This document shows, piece by piece, positions 51,124 to 61,026 of a DNA stretch of 64,000 bases. Source of the DNA: Ignavibacteriota bacterium. GTDB lineage: Bacteria; Bacteroidota; Ignavibacteria; UBA10030; CAVZMI01. Below the pieces are notes generated by a model, which saw only the letters and a list, made by a program, of their open reading frames with translations, was not told the origin of the DNA and ran no database searches. Position 1 is the first letter of the stretch. Each line of letters starts with the position of its first letter. A program made the translations under genes and the position numbers. The stretch spans positions 32,001 through 96,000 of the forward strand of contig CAVZMI010000032.1 in the NCBI GenBank assembly GCA_963776275.1, in the 5' to 3' direction.

Positions 51124-51132
51124 AATTATATA

Positions 51133-51657
51133 ATGCAGATTGAAAAATTACTATCCGGCGGCGATCTGCGTTCGATCGGGAAAAGCAATTCTGTTGTTTT
51201 GAAAATAAAAAATCAAAACGACTTTGACGAACTTTTTCAATGCTTGTTTCATAAAGACAGAATTGTTGTAATGCGCGCGGCCGATGCAATTGAAAAAATA
51301 ACAATAAAGGATCCTCTGTATCTGGCAAGGCATAAGAAAAAAATACTGGAATTGTGCAACACCGCTGACGATAAAGAACTTCAATGGCATCTCGCTCTCA
51401 TGATTCCAAGGCTGCATCTGACCTATAAAGAACTTGCAAGAATGTGGAATTTACTATCACGCTGGGCATCGGATAATAGGGAGAGCAGGATTATGCAGGT
51501 GAATTCGATTCAGGGTCTTTTTGAATTATCAAGAGTCCACACTAAATTGATCACCGACTTCAATATGATTCTTTCCAACATTGAACGGCAAAATATACCC
51601 TCCATCGCGGCAAGAATAAGAAAATTGAAGAAGTCGTTCGGTCGAATCAATCCATGA
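51133..51657 (+). CDS. Conserved hypothetical helical-repeat protein
   Basis: LSGGDLRSIG, MRAADAIEK, ELQWHLA. Confidence 0.65.
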   Translation: MQIEKLLSGGDLRSIGKSNSVVLKIKNQNDFDELFQCLFHKDRIVVMRAADAIEKITIKDPLYLARHKKKILELCNTADDKELQWHLALMIPRLHLTYKELARMWNLLSRWASDNRESRIMQVNSIQGLFELSRVHTKLITDFNMILSNIERQNIPSIAARIRKLKKSFGRINP

Positions 51658-51812
51658 CATCTTCCGTATAATCGATATGGCATGCGACGATCAAATATCG
51701 TATATTATTGAAAATAATCTTCAATAATAGAAAAGTAATTTTCCCCTTTGCGCTTTTACTTTTTCCTAAATAACGTCATTATACCATTGTCTCACAGTCG
51801 GAACATATCGGA

Positions 51813-52955
51813 ATGAAACGATTCATACTTTTAATCTTGCTATTTGTTGCTGTTGGCAGCACTTCATGTAAGGAAGACACAGCCGGTTCCGATGAGAACC
51901 AGCCACCGGCAAATTACAACTCGGCACTTGCAACGCTTCTCGATTCGCTCAGGAATGTATATAATCTTCCCGCCCTCGCCGGTGCCATTGTAACAGATAC
52001 GGGTGTGATCGATGCGCAGGCAGTCGGCTGCAGACGATACGCCGGGCCGGCAAATGTAACTGTAAACGACCAATTCCACCTCGGTTCGAATACCAAAGCC
52101 ATCACTGCAGTCCTCTTGGGAATTCTTGTCGACAGCACTCTTCTCGGCTGGGATTCGACATTGCCGTCGATATTTCCAGAGTATGCAGAAACAATGCGAA
52201 CTGAATACCGCTCTGTCACAGTACGCGATATCCTTTCTCACAGCGCAGGATTCATCCGTGATCCATCCCTGACGCTTACTACACAAACACTAAGGGATCA
52301 GCGTGCGGAAGTCGTCGCTTGGGCTCTTAAACAACCCCCCGCAAACGTGCGCGGACAATATCTCTACAGTAATCTCGGGTACATTATTGCCGGAGCTATC
52401 GCGGAAAAGTTGACGAATCGTCCGTACGAGGATCTTCTCATGGAACGGGTTCTCCAGCCTCTCGGAATAACCACGGCTGGTTTCGGCCCCATGGGAACGG
52501 TCGGACTCGAAGATCAACCGCTTCAGCATACACCTCAGTACATACCTCTTCAACCCGAAGCGGCCGCAGATAACCCTCCAATATATAATTCTGCGGGGAG
52601 GCTTCATATGTCGGTTGGTGACTGGGGCCGGTACATACAATGGGTACTGGCATGTGAGGCTGGACATCCCACGCTGCTTCGTCCTGAAACCGCACACACT
52701 CTGACTACGGGGGTAGTACCGATGCCCGGAGAGGGTTCGTATGCATTCGGGTGGGTAATTGTCGACCGGCAGTGGGCCGGCGGGCGCACACTCACACATA
52801 CAGGGAGCAATGGGCTGAACTTCGCGGTCGCATGGCTCGCCCCGAATCGAAGATTCGCGGTCCTTGCTGAAACGAATATCTGCACCAGCACGACACCCGG
52901 CTCGATGGACGCCGTCGTCGGCCGGATGATTATGTTCCATTTGAACGGACACTAG
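51813..52955 (+). CDS. Serine hydrolase (beta-lactamase/AmpC-like family) lipoprotein
   Basis: Lipobox TSC, SNTK (SxxK), YSN, HTG. Confidence 0.9.
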   Translation: MKRFILLILLFVAVGSTSCKEDTAGSDENQPPANYNSALATLLDSLRNVYNLPALAGAIVTDTGVIDAQAVGCRRYAGPANVTVNDQFHLGSNTKAITAVLLGILVDSTLLGWDSTLPSIFPEYAETMRTEYRSVTVRDILSHSAGFIRDPSLTLTTQTLRDQRAEVVAWALKQPPANVRGQYLYSNLGYIIAGAIAEKLTNRPYEDLLMERVLQPLGITTAGFGPMGTVGLEDQPLQHTPQYIPLQPEAAADNPPIYNSAGRLHMSVGDWGRYIQWVLACEAGHPTLLRPETAHTLTTGVVPMPGEGSYAFGWVIVDRQWAGGRTLTHTGSNGLNFAVAWLAPNRRFAVLAETNICTSTTPGSMDAVVGRMIMFHLNGH

Positions 52956-52961
52956 GACACG

Positions 52962-53768
52962 ATGAGCAGCGAAAACTTTTCAACGATAGCCCAACGATAT
53001 AGAGAGACTTCGATAATCCAGAAGTCTGCAGCAGAAACATTATTTTCATTACTGGATCTCAAGGATGGTGAAAGTGTTTTGGATATCGGCTGCGGAACCG
53101 GAAACCTGACAAAAAAGATTTTCGATATCACTCATGGAAGAACCGTCGGCATCGATCCTTCAAAAGGTATGATCGATGAATCGATAAAATCTTACGGTAA
53201 TATCATGGAATTCCGGATGATGAGGGCAGAGGATCTTGACTTTAAAAATGAATTTGATGCGGTCTTCTGCAATTCTACCTTTCAATGGATTCGGGATGTC
53301 GATAAAGTCACAGCCAATTTCTATCGCGCACTCAAAAAGGAAGGACGTATAGGAATTCAGGCTCCGGGGAGAAGGCAATATTGTCCGAATTTCATCGCGG
53401 CTGTTTCAGAAGTACTTAAAAATCCCGGCACAAGAGAGTATTTTCGGAATTTTAAACATCCCTGGTTTTTTCGCGATACCGCCGACGAGTACTCACAATA
53501 CTTCCTCAGACAGGGATTTCACATTGCTTTGAGTGAAATACAAACAATGGAAACATACCACAGTCCTGAAGAGATATATGAGATATTTGCATCGGGTGCG
53601 ATTGCAGGATACCTGAATAAAGAGTATTACCCGGATGGATTCGACGAGTCATATAAAAAAGAATTTGAACGAATCGTGAAAGACTCATTCTATAAGCAGG
53701 CCGGCAGTGATGGAAAGGTAAAATTAGTATTTAATAGAATATTTTTAATCGCCGAAAAAACTGCATGA
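52962..53768 (+). CDS. Class I SAM-dependent methyltransferase
   Basis: VLDIGCGTG, FDAVFCN..FQW. Confidence 0.9.
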   Translation: MSSENFSTIAQRYRETSIIQKSAAETLFSLLDLKDGESVLDIGCGTGNLTKKIFDITHGRTVGIDPSKGMIDESIKSYGNIMEFRMMRAEDLDFKNEFDAVFCNSTFQWIRDVDKVTANFYRALKKEGRIGIQAPGRRQYCPNFIAAVSEVLKNPGTREYFRNFKHPWFFRDTADEYSQYFLRQGFHIALSEIQTMETYHSPEEIYEIFASGAIAGYLNKEYYPDGFDESYKKEFERIVKDSFYKQAGSDGKVKLVFNRIFLIAEKTA

Positions 53769-53848
53769 AAAGAATATTTGTCGCTATAGTTATATCTGCA
53801 CTATCCGTTGAAAAATAACATAATACATTTTATCAACAGGATGGCAAA

Positions 53849-55003
53849 ATGAAACTATCGAAAGCCATGATAGAACTATTCATCGTCGTTTCGCTACTTA
53901 TCACAGCCGCTGCATTATGCTTTGGACAGCAAAAGAATATCAATTCTTCCGGCTTCGAAATTCACAGAGGCGTCAACCTGAGCCATTGGCTGTCGCAATG
54001 TTTAGGGTGGTCGCCCAGGGAGACTTTTATCACAGAGAAGGATATACAATTTATCGACAGCATGGGCTACGACCATGTGCGAATACCTATCGATGAAACC
54101 GAGATGTGGACAAGCGACGGAAAGCCGATAGAAGAATCATTCACATATCTCACCCGCTGCCTCGACTGGTGCGCGAAACACAATTTAAGGGCTATTGTCG
54201 ATCTTCATATCCTGAAATCGCATAATTTCAACGCCGATAATGAAGGCGGGGAAAATATATTATGGACAGACTCTTCAGCACAGCACAATTTCATCAAACT
54301 CTGGAATGACATTTCGGATTACCTGAAAAATTATCCTGTCAACATGGTTGCCTATGAGCTTATGAACGAGGCGGTTGCGCCTAACCATGAAGACTGGAAC
54401 AGGTTGATTGCCAAAGCTGTAAAGGTGATCCGCATACTTGAACCCAATCGTGTTCTTATCATCGGATCGAATAGATGGCAAAGACCCGAATTTTTCCCGC
54501 AGTTAAAAGTGCCTGAGAATGATAAAAATATTATCCTCAGTCTGCACACATATTCGCCAATTCATTTTACACACAATCGGGCCGACTGGACATCCTTCAA
54601 ATTATACACCGGGCCTGCACACTATCCCGGCCAGGTTGTTGCCGACGCCGATTATAAAAAATATGTCGACACAAATAATTTAGCTCTTGTGCATGGAATG
54701 GACGGATCGGTCCAGGTATTCGATAAAAAGAGGCTTACAGAAGAACTGCTGCCTGCTGTACAGAAAGCCAAGGAACTCAATCTTCAGCTTTACTGCGGTG
54801 AATTTGGATGCCTTCCTCATGTCGACAGAACTGAAAGGTTGAAATACTACAACGATATCGTCTCGGCATTCGAAGAGAACAATATCGCCTGGTGCAACTG
54901 GGAATATAAAGGCGACTTTGGAATATATTCTTTTGACTTTGAGAAAAAAGTCTCCCTCTCACCCGATTTCGGATTGATCAACATTCTGATGCAAAAGAAA
55001 TAA
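53849..55003 (+). CDS. GH5 family endoglucanase-like hydrolase
   Basis: RGVNLSHWLSQ, DHVRIPID, YELMNE, YCGEFG. Confidence 0.9.
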   Translation: MKLSKAMIELFIVVSLLITAAALCFGQQKNINSSGFEIHRGVNLSHWLSQCLGWSPRETFITEKDIQFIDSMGYDHVRIPIDETEMWTSDGKPIEESFTYLTRCLDWCAKHNLRAIVDLHILKSHNFNADNEGGENILWTDSSAQHNFIKLWNDISDYLKNYPVNMVAYELMNEAVAPNHEDWNRLIAKAVKVIRILEPNRVLIIGSNRWQRPEFFPQLKVPENDKNIILSLHTYSPIHFTHNRADWTSFKLYTGPAHYPGQVVADADYKKYVDTNNLALVHGMDGSVQVFDKKRLTEELLPAVQKAKELNLQLYCGEFGCLPHVDRTERLKYYNDIVSAFEENNIAWCNWEYKGDFGIYSFDFEKKVSLSPDFGLINILMQKK

Positions 55004-55051
55004 TAAACTGCCCCACACCTCACCTGCCGGCTATAAATAGGAGAAAATCTG

Positions 55052-55459
55052 ATGAATGAAAATTTAAACTCTGCACAGGAAGATTACACGGGTGGTGGGC
55101 GGCAAGATCATGAACCTCCGGTCGTCATCGCTTCATATGGCTGGCGCTATCATCATCTCGGTATACCAACCGATATCCCCCGCCCCGGCGAGCGATTTCT
55201 TGAGCAATTCAAGATGTATGTGTCGGGTTTCGAAACAAGTCCTTACGGCATCGAATGGATGCGATTCGAGCAGGATAGCCCTGTTTCTGAACTGATCAGA
55301 AATGTTCCCCACTTAGCCTTTGAAGTAGACGATCTCGATTTTGCAATAAAGGGTAAATATATACTAACTGAAGCAACCTCTCTCTCCAATGGCATAAGGG
55401 TTGCCATGATCATCCATGACGGCGCCCCTATCGAACTCCTTGAATTTCGAAAGGGCTGA
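55052..55459 (+). CDS. VOC/glyoxalase-like protein
   Basis: YHHLGIPT, PHLAFEVDDL, GAPIELLEF. Confidence 0.8.
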   Translation: MNENLNSAQEDYTGGGRQDHEPPVVIASYGWRYHHLGIPTDIPRPGERFLEQFKMYVSGFETSPYGIEWMRFEQDSPVSELIRNVPHLAFEVDDLDFAIKGKYILTEATSLSNGIRVAMIIHDGAPIELLEFRKG

Positions 55460-55582
55460 CAATCATTGCTTTTACACACAAGAATAATTAATTTTTATAG
55501 ATCGGGACGTTTGAAAAACTCTGTTTATATATTTTCTATGGACACACTTGAGCCGGCGGTCTGAAACAACCTGTATTTTCTG

Positions 55583-55849
55583 AATTGCCACGAGCTCGGG
55601 CTTTTACGCCCCACGCTTTCGTGCTTTTCACGTCCCACGATCTTTGTGGGACCAGTGGGGTTAACTCGTGGGAAATAAGAGGAGAAAAATGAGGGGTTTT
55701 AACCCCACATTAAATTGATGTAGGGCTAAAGCCCGCAAAGATTTTTTAGATTTAAAAATCCACGACCTGACCCCACTGGAAAGCGTGGGGCGTAAATCCC
55801 ACAGGAAACGTGGGACGGAAAAAACCCGAAGCACGAGGTCGTGGCCATT
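55583..55849. repeat. REPIN/MITE-like inverted-repeat element with nested palindromic insertions
   Basis: Termini aattgccacgagctc / gaggtcgtggccatt; internal tttacgccccacgctttc / gaaagcgtggggcgtaaa; central gggttttaaccc..gggctaaagccc. Confidence 0.75.
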
Positions 55850-55928
55850 CATTCGGCATTAATTTTTCTCCGACCGGATATGTTATTCAGAGGTCTCAGC
55901 ATTTAAAAGCCATGGAGAGATTCAATCA

Positions 55929-56306
55929 TTGGCTAAGGCACTTACAATAAGGGAAGTACCTTGCAACGGCTGCACGCTCTGCTGCCAGGGTGATGCCATC
56001 AAGCTTGAAGAAGAAGACCGGGCGCTGGATTATAAGACGGAATCCCATCCGTACATCCCAGGAGCCCTCATGATTGCACATAAACCGAACGGTGAATGTT
56101 TCTACTTAAATGAACAAGGCTGCAGCATCCACAGCTGGGCGCCTTCATTGTGCCGTAGCGCTGATTGCCGCAGTCTCGCCATTAAATTGAATTATGATGC
56201 AGTACGTTCACTCCATATGATGGGCAGGCTGGATTTCCGGGTATGGCTGCAGGGACGCAGACTTATCGAGGCAATGACCGCTCATGGCGGAAAGGATAAT
56301 CAGTAA
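55929..56306 (+). CDS. YkgJ/CxxCxxCC cysteine-cluster protein
   Basis: CNGCTLCC, C.YL...GCSIH...P..CR. Confidence 0.8.
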   Translation: MAKALTIREVPCNGCTLCCQGDAIKLEEEDRALDYKTESHPYIPGALMIAHKPNGECFYLNEQGCSIHSWAPSLCRSADCRSLAIKLNYDAVRSLHMMGRLDFRVWLQGRRLIEAMTAHGGKDNQ

Positions 56307-56312
56307 AATAAA

Positions 56313-57029
56313 ATGCTTAAAATCAGCGATATTGCCAAGATGATCGACCATTCAATTCTTCATCCTACATTTACAGATGATGATTTAAAGAAGAACTGTG
56401 ATATAGCAAAAAAATATCATGTTGCCACAGTATGTGTCAAGCCCTATCATACTCGGATGGCGGCTGAATTACTTAAAGGCTCCGATGTGGGGGTATGTGC
56501 AGTAATCGGTTTCCCGCATGGAAACAGTTCGACTGATATTAAAAATGCAGAAACACTTCAGGTAATTAACGACGGCGCAACAGAAGTGGATATGGTGGTG
56601 AATATCGGAAAAGTAATGCAGGGTGACTGGTCATATATCGACAACGAACTTAAAACAATTAATGATACCTGCCGTAAAAACAGGGCACTGTTAAAAGTCA
56701 TTTTTGAGACGGACTTCGTATCGCGCGACAAGGATAAAATAAGACTATGCGAACTTTGCAACAAACATGATATTGCTTTTGTGAAGACATCGACCGGTTA
56801 CGGATTTGTCAGGAATAACAATGGAAAATATTCGTATGCCGGAGCGACCGAACACGATGTAAAGCTTATGCGTAAACATTGCGCTCCCGGAGTAAAGATA
56901 AAAGCTGCCGGTGGTGTACGGACACTTGATCAATTATTGAAATATCGCGAGCTGGGTGTGACTCGAATAGGTGCCTCGGCAACGGAAGCTATTATGGAAG
57001 AAGCGAAAAAACGTTTCGAATCGAAATAG
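56313..57029 (+). CDS. deoC: Deoxyribose-phosphate aldolase
   Basis: IDHSILHP, VIGFPHG, EVDMV.N, FVKTSTG, KAAGGVR, RIGASAT. Confidence 0.95.
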   Translation: MLKISDIAKMIDHSILHPTFTDDDLKKNCDIAKKYHVATVCVKPYHTRMAAELLKGSDVGVCAVIGFPHGNSSTDIKNAETLQVINDGATEVDMVVNIGKVMQGDWSYIDNELKTINDTCRKNRALLKVIFETDFVSRDKDKIRLCELCNKHDIAFVKTSTGYGFVRNNNGKYSYAGATEHDVKLMRKHCAPGVKIKAAGGVRTLDQLLKYRELGVTRIGASATEAIMEEAKKRFESK

Positions 57030-57039
57030 AGGTTGTTCA

Positions 57040-57483
57040 GTGAATATCGAAATTATCGAAGCAAAAAAAGAAGATTTGCCCTCAATCTTAAAGCTCTATG
57101 CCGTTGAAGACATTGATAACGGCGATATCCTATCAATCGGAAAAGCAGAAGTAATATTTAATAGAATGCAATCGTATCCGAACTATAAAATCTATATTGC
57201 AAAATATAATGGGAAAACGGTGGGCACATTTTCACTCTCGATAATGGATAACATAGCACATCTCGGTAAATCTTCCGGTCTGGTTGAAGATGTGGTGGTT
57301 GATAAAACCATGAGATCAAAAGGAATTGGGAAGATAATGATGGAATATGCCATGAAAATATGTAAAGAAAGTAACTGCTATAAAATGAGTCTATCCAGTA
57401 ATTTGAAAAGAGAAAGAGCACATAGTTTTTACGAGAAATTAGGATTTGAAAAACATGGGTTCAGTTTTTTAATTAAAATATGA
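57040..57483 (+). CDS. GNAT family acetyltransferase
   Basis: GTG start after GAGG; VEDVVVD...RSKGIG, AHSFYEKLGF. Confidence 0.9.
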   Translation: MNIEIIEAKKEDLPSILKLYAVEDIDNGDILSIGKAEVIFNRMQSYPNYKIYIAKYNGKTVGTFSLSIMDNIAHLGKSSGLVEDVVVDKTMRSKGIGKIMMEYAMKICKESNCYKMSLSSNLKRERAHSFYEKLGFEKHGFSFLIKI

Positions 57484-57589
57484 TTTCGCAGGGCGAGAAG
57501 AACTTCCGAAAATAATCAGCTGTTCTCAAAGCCCGCATAACGGTTGCAGAATATTTTTGTATGATCATAAATGATATAATAGATTTTTA

Positions 57590-58396
57590 ATGAATACCGA
57601 TTATGTCCATGGATATACAGAGCGAGAGTCGATCAGATTGGAAGATCAAGCCAATTGCCTGAGCGAGCTTCTCCACCACGATTCTATTTTTCCTAAAGGC
57701 TCGATAATACTCGAGGCCGGCTGCGGAACCGGAGCTCAGACAAAGATCATTGCCCCCAAAAATCCTGACTCAAAATTCATATCAATTGATATTTCCGAAG
57801 ATTCATTGCGTAAAGCCGATTCTCTCATAAAATCACTTAATATCAATAATGTCGAGTTTCAAACCGGCAACATTTTTAATCTGAAATTTGAAGAAGAATC
57901 CTTTGACCATGTTTTCGTTTGTTTTGTACTTGAACATCTTCCCAATCCTGTCGGAGCGTTACGAGCATTAAAAAAAGTATTGAAAAAAGGGGGATCCATT
58001 ACGGTCATTGAAGGAGATCACGGCTCTGCCTATTTTTATCCTTACAGCCGGTATGCGCAAGAAGCGATTGATGCACTGGTAAAATTGCAGTCGACAAACG
58101 GCGGAAACGCCTCAATAGGCAGAGAACTTTACCCGCTTTTAAGCATCTCGAATTTTAAAAACTGCAAGGTTTCTCCCAGAATGGTTTATGTCGATTCGAG
58201 TAGACCTGAACTTGTTGAGGGCTTTACAAAAAATACTTTTACGGCTATGATTGAAGGAATAAGAAATAAAGCTGTCAATAGTTGTCTCATCGATAAAAGC
58301 TCCATTGAAAAAGGTATTCAGGATTTGTATCGAACGACTCAGATTGACGGTGTTTTTTGTTACACATTTTTCAAGGGAATTGGGTATAATATTTAA
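57590..58396 (+). CDS. Class I SAM-dependent methyltransferase
   Basis: YVHGY..RE..RL.DQA, LEAGCGTGAQT, FDHVFVCFVLEHL. Confidence 0.9.
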   Translation: MNTDYVHGYTERESIRLEDQANCLSELLHHDSIFPKGSIILEAGCGTGAQTKIIAPKNPDSKFISIDISEDSLRKADSLIKSLNINNVEFQTGNIFNLKFEEESFDHVFVCFVLEHLPNPVGALRALKKVLKKGGSITVIEGDHGSAYFYPYSRYAQEAIDALVKLQSTNGGNASIGRELYPLLSISNFKNCKVSPRMVYVDSSRPELVEGFTKNTFTAMIEGIRNKAVNSCLIDKSSIEKGIQDLYRTTQIDGVFCYTFFKGIGYNI

Positions 58397-58447
58397 AAAA
58401 GCAGTCGATGCAAGGAACAAATCCCTCGGGAGAATAATAAAAGAAAA

Positions 58448-60211
58448 ATGAAATCATCGTTGGCATTATTGAGTTTGCTTTCACTGCTTGCCTGTTCGAT
58501 TAATCCGCATGTCTGTGCACAGAACGATATACAAAAGACTTACTGTGATAAAGCGTATAAAGAATATCATTATGGTGTACCGTTTTTGCATCTGGAAGGG
58601 ACCGATTATGAAGTAGGTTACCAGTACGGTTATCTCCTTAAAGATGAGTTACATGCCGTGTACGAGGGATTCAACGATTTCAAAGAAAACATGATGGAAA
58701 GGGAAATAAAATACCTGCCCTGGTATCAAAGATTTTTCGCTAATCTGTTTGGCTCGTTAATTTTAAAACACAAAATAAACAAATATGTCGATCAACTTCC
58801 GGATGATATCCATAATCAATTGAAAGGCATGGCTGACGGTGCTGATATGCCGGTCAGATTTTTTTATGAAGTCAATCTCTTCGGCGATTATTTATCTCAC
58901 GGATGTTCTTCATTCGTCATAAAGAAAGGAAGCATAATCTATCACGCCCGCAACCTCGATACGCCGCTCAATCTGATCGCCAGATATCCTGTCATTGTGT
59001 GTTACAGCATTAACGGACGACAAAAATATACAGATATAGGATTTATTTCCGGATTGATGATTTCCACCGGCTTCAACGAATCAGGAATTTCTTTTTCAGA
59101 AGATTCAAATAATAATCCGATGGCTTTCGATAAGAATAATTCGAACCTGCTGGTTGAACGAAACAGAATTATAACCCGGGCTCACAATCTAAAAGAGGCC
59201 GATTCATTAGTCAATGCGTTACTTATTCCCGAGGGATATATTTTTACACTCTCGGACAGTGAAGAAAAACAGGCAAATGTCTACGATGTAATCGGAAAAA
59301 TAAAAGCTGCCACTCCGGTAGACGGTTATCAATATGTGGCAAACAGAACAATATCGCACGTCCTGGGTAAAAAAAGCGAATCGATTTATGCTGGTAATTT
59401 CCATGATATCTCAAGGGAAATAAAATTTTCAGAATTAATCGATACAACTAAGACAAATATCGTCGACGAGGCAATAGATATCTTAAGTAACATCCATTTC
59501 TATCATTACACCGACTCGATAGAAGTGTGGATCGATGCAATCAATAATTATCAAACGATTCAATCGGCAATTTTTGATCTGGCCGATTCGGCCGTGTATT
59601 TCGCATACAATACACACTATGCTGCATGGAGCAGATGGTTGAAGTATAACTATATTACAGGTGAGGTTGGTGTCTATAGAGAAGCCGATGACAAATTGAA
59701 CCGAGCGGATATCTTGAAATTTGTCGATATCTGTAAAGAGTACCAGGCAGCAGACTGGCGCGACAGCACGATGGTCGATTCACTGGTTCGCCACATCATC
59801 GATTCACAAATTGAAAATTACTTTTGCCTTGATGTATTATGTCAGCAATATCTATATCGTTTTAAAGCACCGGATATAACAATCGCTCATGCCGACAAAA
59901 TGATCAAGAAATATCCAGATGTAGTCACGGGTTATTATTACAAAGGTCTCGCTCTCGAAGAACAGAAACAATACGGCAATGCAATCACTCAATATATGAA
60001 AGCATTCAATTGTACTATATGCTGTGAATATTACCTTGCCGGTGTCTGCGAACATCTCGCTTATTCGAATAATTTTCTGGGAAACAAAGAAATTGCCAAA
60101 GAATATGCAGTAAAAGCATTGGCAATCCATAATCAGTATTGGATTCCGGATCATTTGAAAGAAAAGATTGAGAAGCTTGAAAAGATTGCGGCTATAGATT
60201 CAAAACGCTAA
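58448..60211 (+). CDS. C45 family (Ntn) autoproteolytic acyltransferase/peptidase with C-terminal TPRs
   Basis: L.GT.YEVGYQYG, GCSSFV, HARNLD, GFNESGI; TPR-like tail. Confidence 0.8.
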   Translation: MKSSLALLSLLSLLACSINPHVCAQNDIQKTYCDKAYKEYHYGVPFLHLEGTDYEVGYQYGYLLKDELHAVYEGFNDFKENMMEREIKYLPWYQRFFANLFGSLILKHKINKYVDQLPDDIHNQLKGMADGADMPVRFFYEVNLFGDYLSHGCSSFVIKKGSIIYHARNLDTPLNLIARYPVIVCYSINGRQKYTDIGFISGLMISTGFNESGISFSEDSNNNPMAFDKNNSNLLVERNRIITRAHNLKEADSLVNALLIPEGYIFTLSDSEEKQANVYDVIGKIKAATPVDGYQYVANRTISHVLGKKSESIYAGNFHDISREIKFSELIDTTKTNIVDEAIDILSNIHFYHYTDSIEVWIDAINNYQTIQSAIFDLADSAVYFAYNTHYAAWSRWLKYNYITGEVGVYREADDKLNRADILKFVDICKEYQAADWRDSTMVDSLVRHIIDSQIENYFCLDVLCQQYLYRFKAPDITIAHADKMIKKYPDVVTGYYYKGLALEEQKQYGNAITQYMKAFNCTICCEYYLAGVCEHLAYSNNFLGNKEIAKEYAVKALAIHNQYWIPDHLKEKIEKLEKIAAIDSKR

Positions 60212-60389
60212 GCTCCTTCGATGAATTTTCCGCAAATTATACATCTCACAGTTACAAATGCACGTGGAGTAAGCTGTCGGATGTACGGGTAGTTTTAGCA
60301 CTGCAGAGCGAAGTTATATCCAAACATTCTGTCGGTCTCAGTATCGGCATCGACGATTTTCACACAAAGTGGAAATCACATTGTATTTT

Positions 60390-60878
60390 TTAGCGGCCTA
60401 TTTCGATTATTTCATATTCGAGCATGCCGGCAGGAACCTGGATTTTAATAATCTCTCCCTTTGATTTTCCCATAAGGGCCTTTCCTATCGGCGAAGTAAT
60501 TGAGAGCTTATTCTGCTCAAAATCCGCCTCTTCGGGGGAAACCATCCGGTATTCAAATTCCTTTTTCGAGTTCTTGTCTTTCACTTTGACAACTGAGAGG
60601 ATATATACTTTATCGGTTTGGAGGTCTTTACTATCGATGATCCGTGCACGGGAAAGTGTTTGTTCGAGTTTTGAGATACGCAATTCGAGATGCTGCTGTG
60701 CTTCTTTGGCTGCTTCATATTCGGCATTCTCGCTTAAATCGCCGTATCCGCGCGCGTCGGCAATCTTCTGCGCCATTTCAGCGCGTCCCTTAATTTTCAG
60801 CTCACGCAGCTGATTTTCGAGCTCCACCAGACGCTCCCGCGTCAGATAGACAATACCATTGTTGGTATTGTCGGACAT
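60390..60878 (-). CDS. greA: Transcription elongation factor GreA
   Basis: GDLSENAEYEAAKE, SITSPIGKALMG. Confidence 0.97.
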   Translation of the reverse strand: MSDNTNNGIVYLTRERLVELENQLRELKIKGRAEMAQKIADARGYGDLSENAEYEAAKEAQQHLELRISKLEQTLSRARIIDSKDLQTDKVYILSVVKVKDKNSKKEFEYRMVSPEEADFEQNKLSITSPIGKALMGKSKGEIIKIQVPAGMLEYEIIEIGR

Positions 60879-60924
60879 GTCGCATCCTCCCGAATAATAG
60901 ATTATAATTTCGAATGGAATGGAG

Positions 60925-60962
60925 AAAAATAAAAGCCATCACCGCATCCGCGGATGGTGGCT
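60925..60962 (-). terminator. Intrinsic terminator between ribBA and greA (in the putative greA leader)
   Basis: Minus strand agccaccatccgc-ggat-gcggtgatggct followed by tttattttt. Confidence 0.7.
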
Positions 60963-60969
60963 ATAATTT

Positions 60970-60998
60970 AATGTACGACAAAACAAAATTAAATGCAA
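60970..60998 (-). promoter_or_regulatory. sigma70-like promoter upstream of greA
   Basis: Minus strand TTGCAT-N17-TACATT. Confidence 0.5.
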
Positions 60999-61026
60999 GA
61001 ATAATTTTTTACTATGAGAAAATTTA

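Noticed and set aside
51813-52955. Bona fide beta-lactam resistance gene
   Set aside because: The motifs only place it in the broad serine hydrolase family; substrate cannot be inferred and no att sites flank it.
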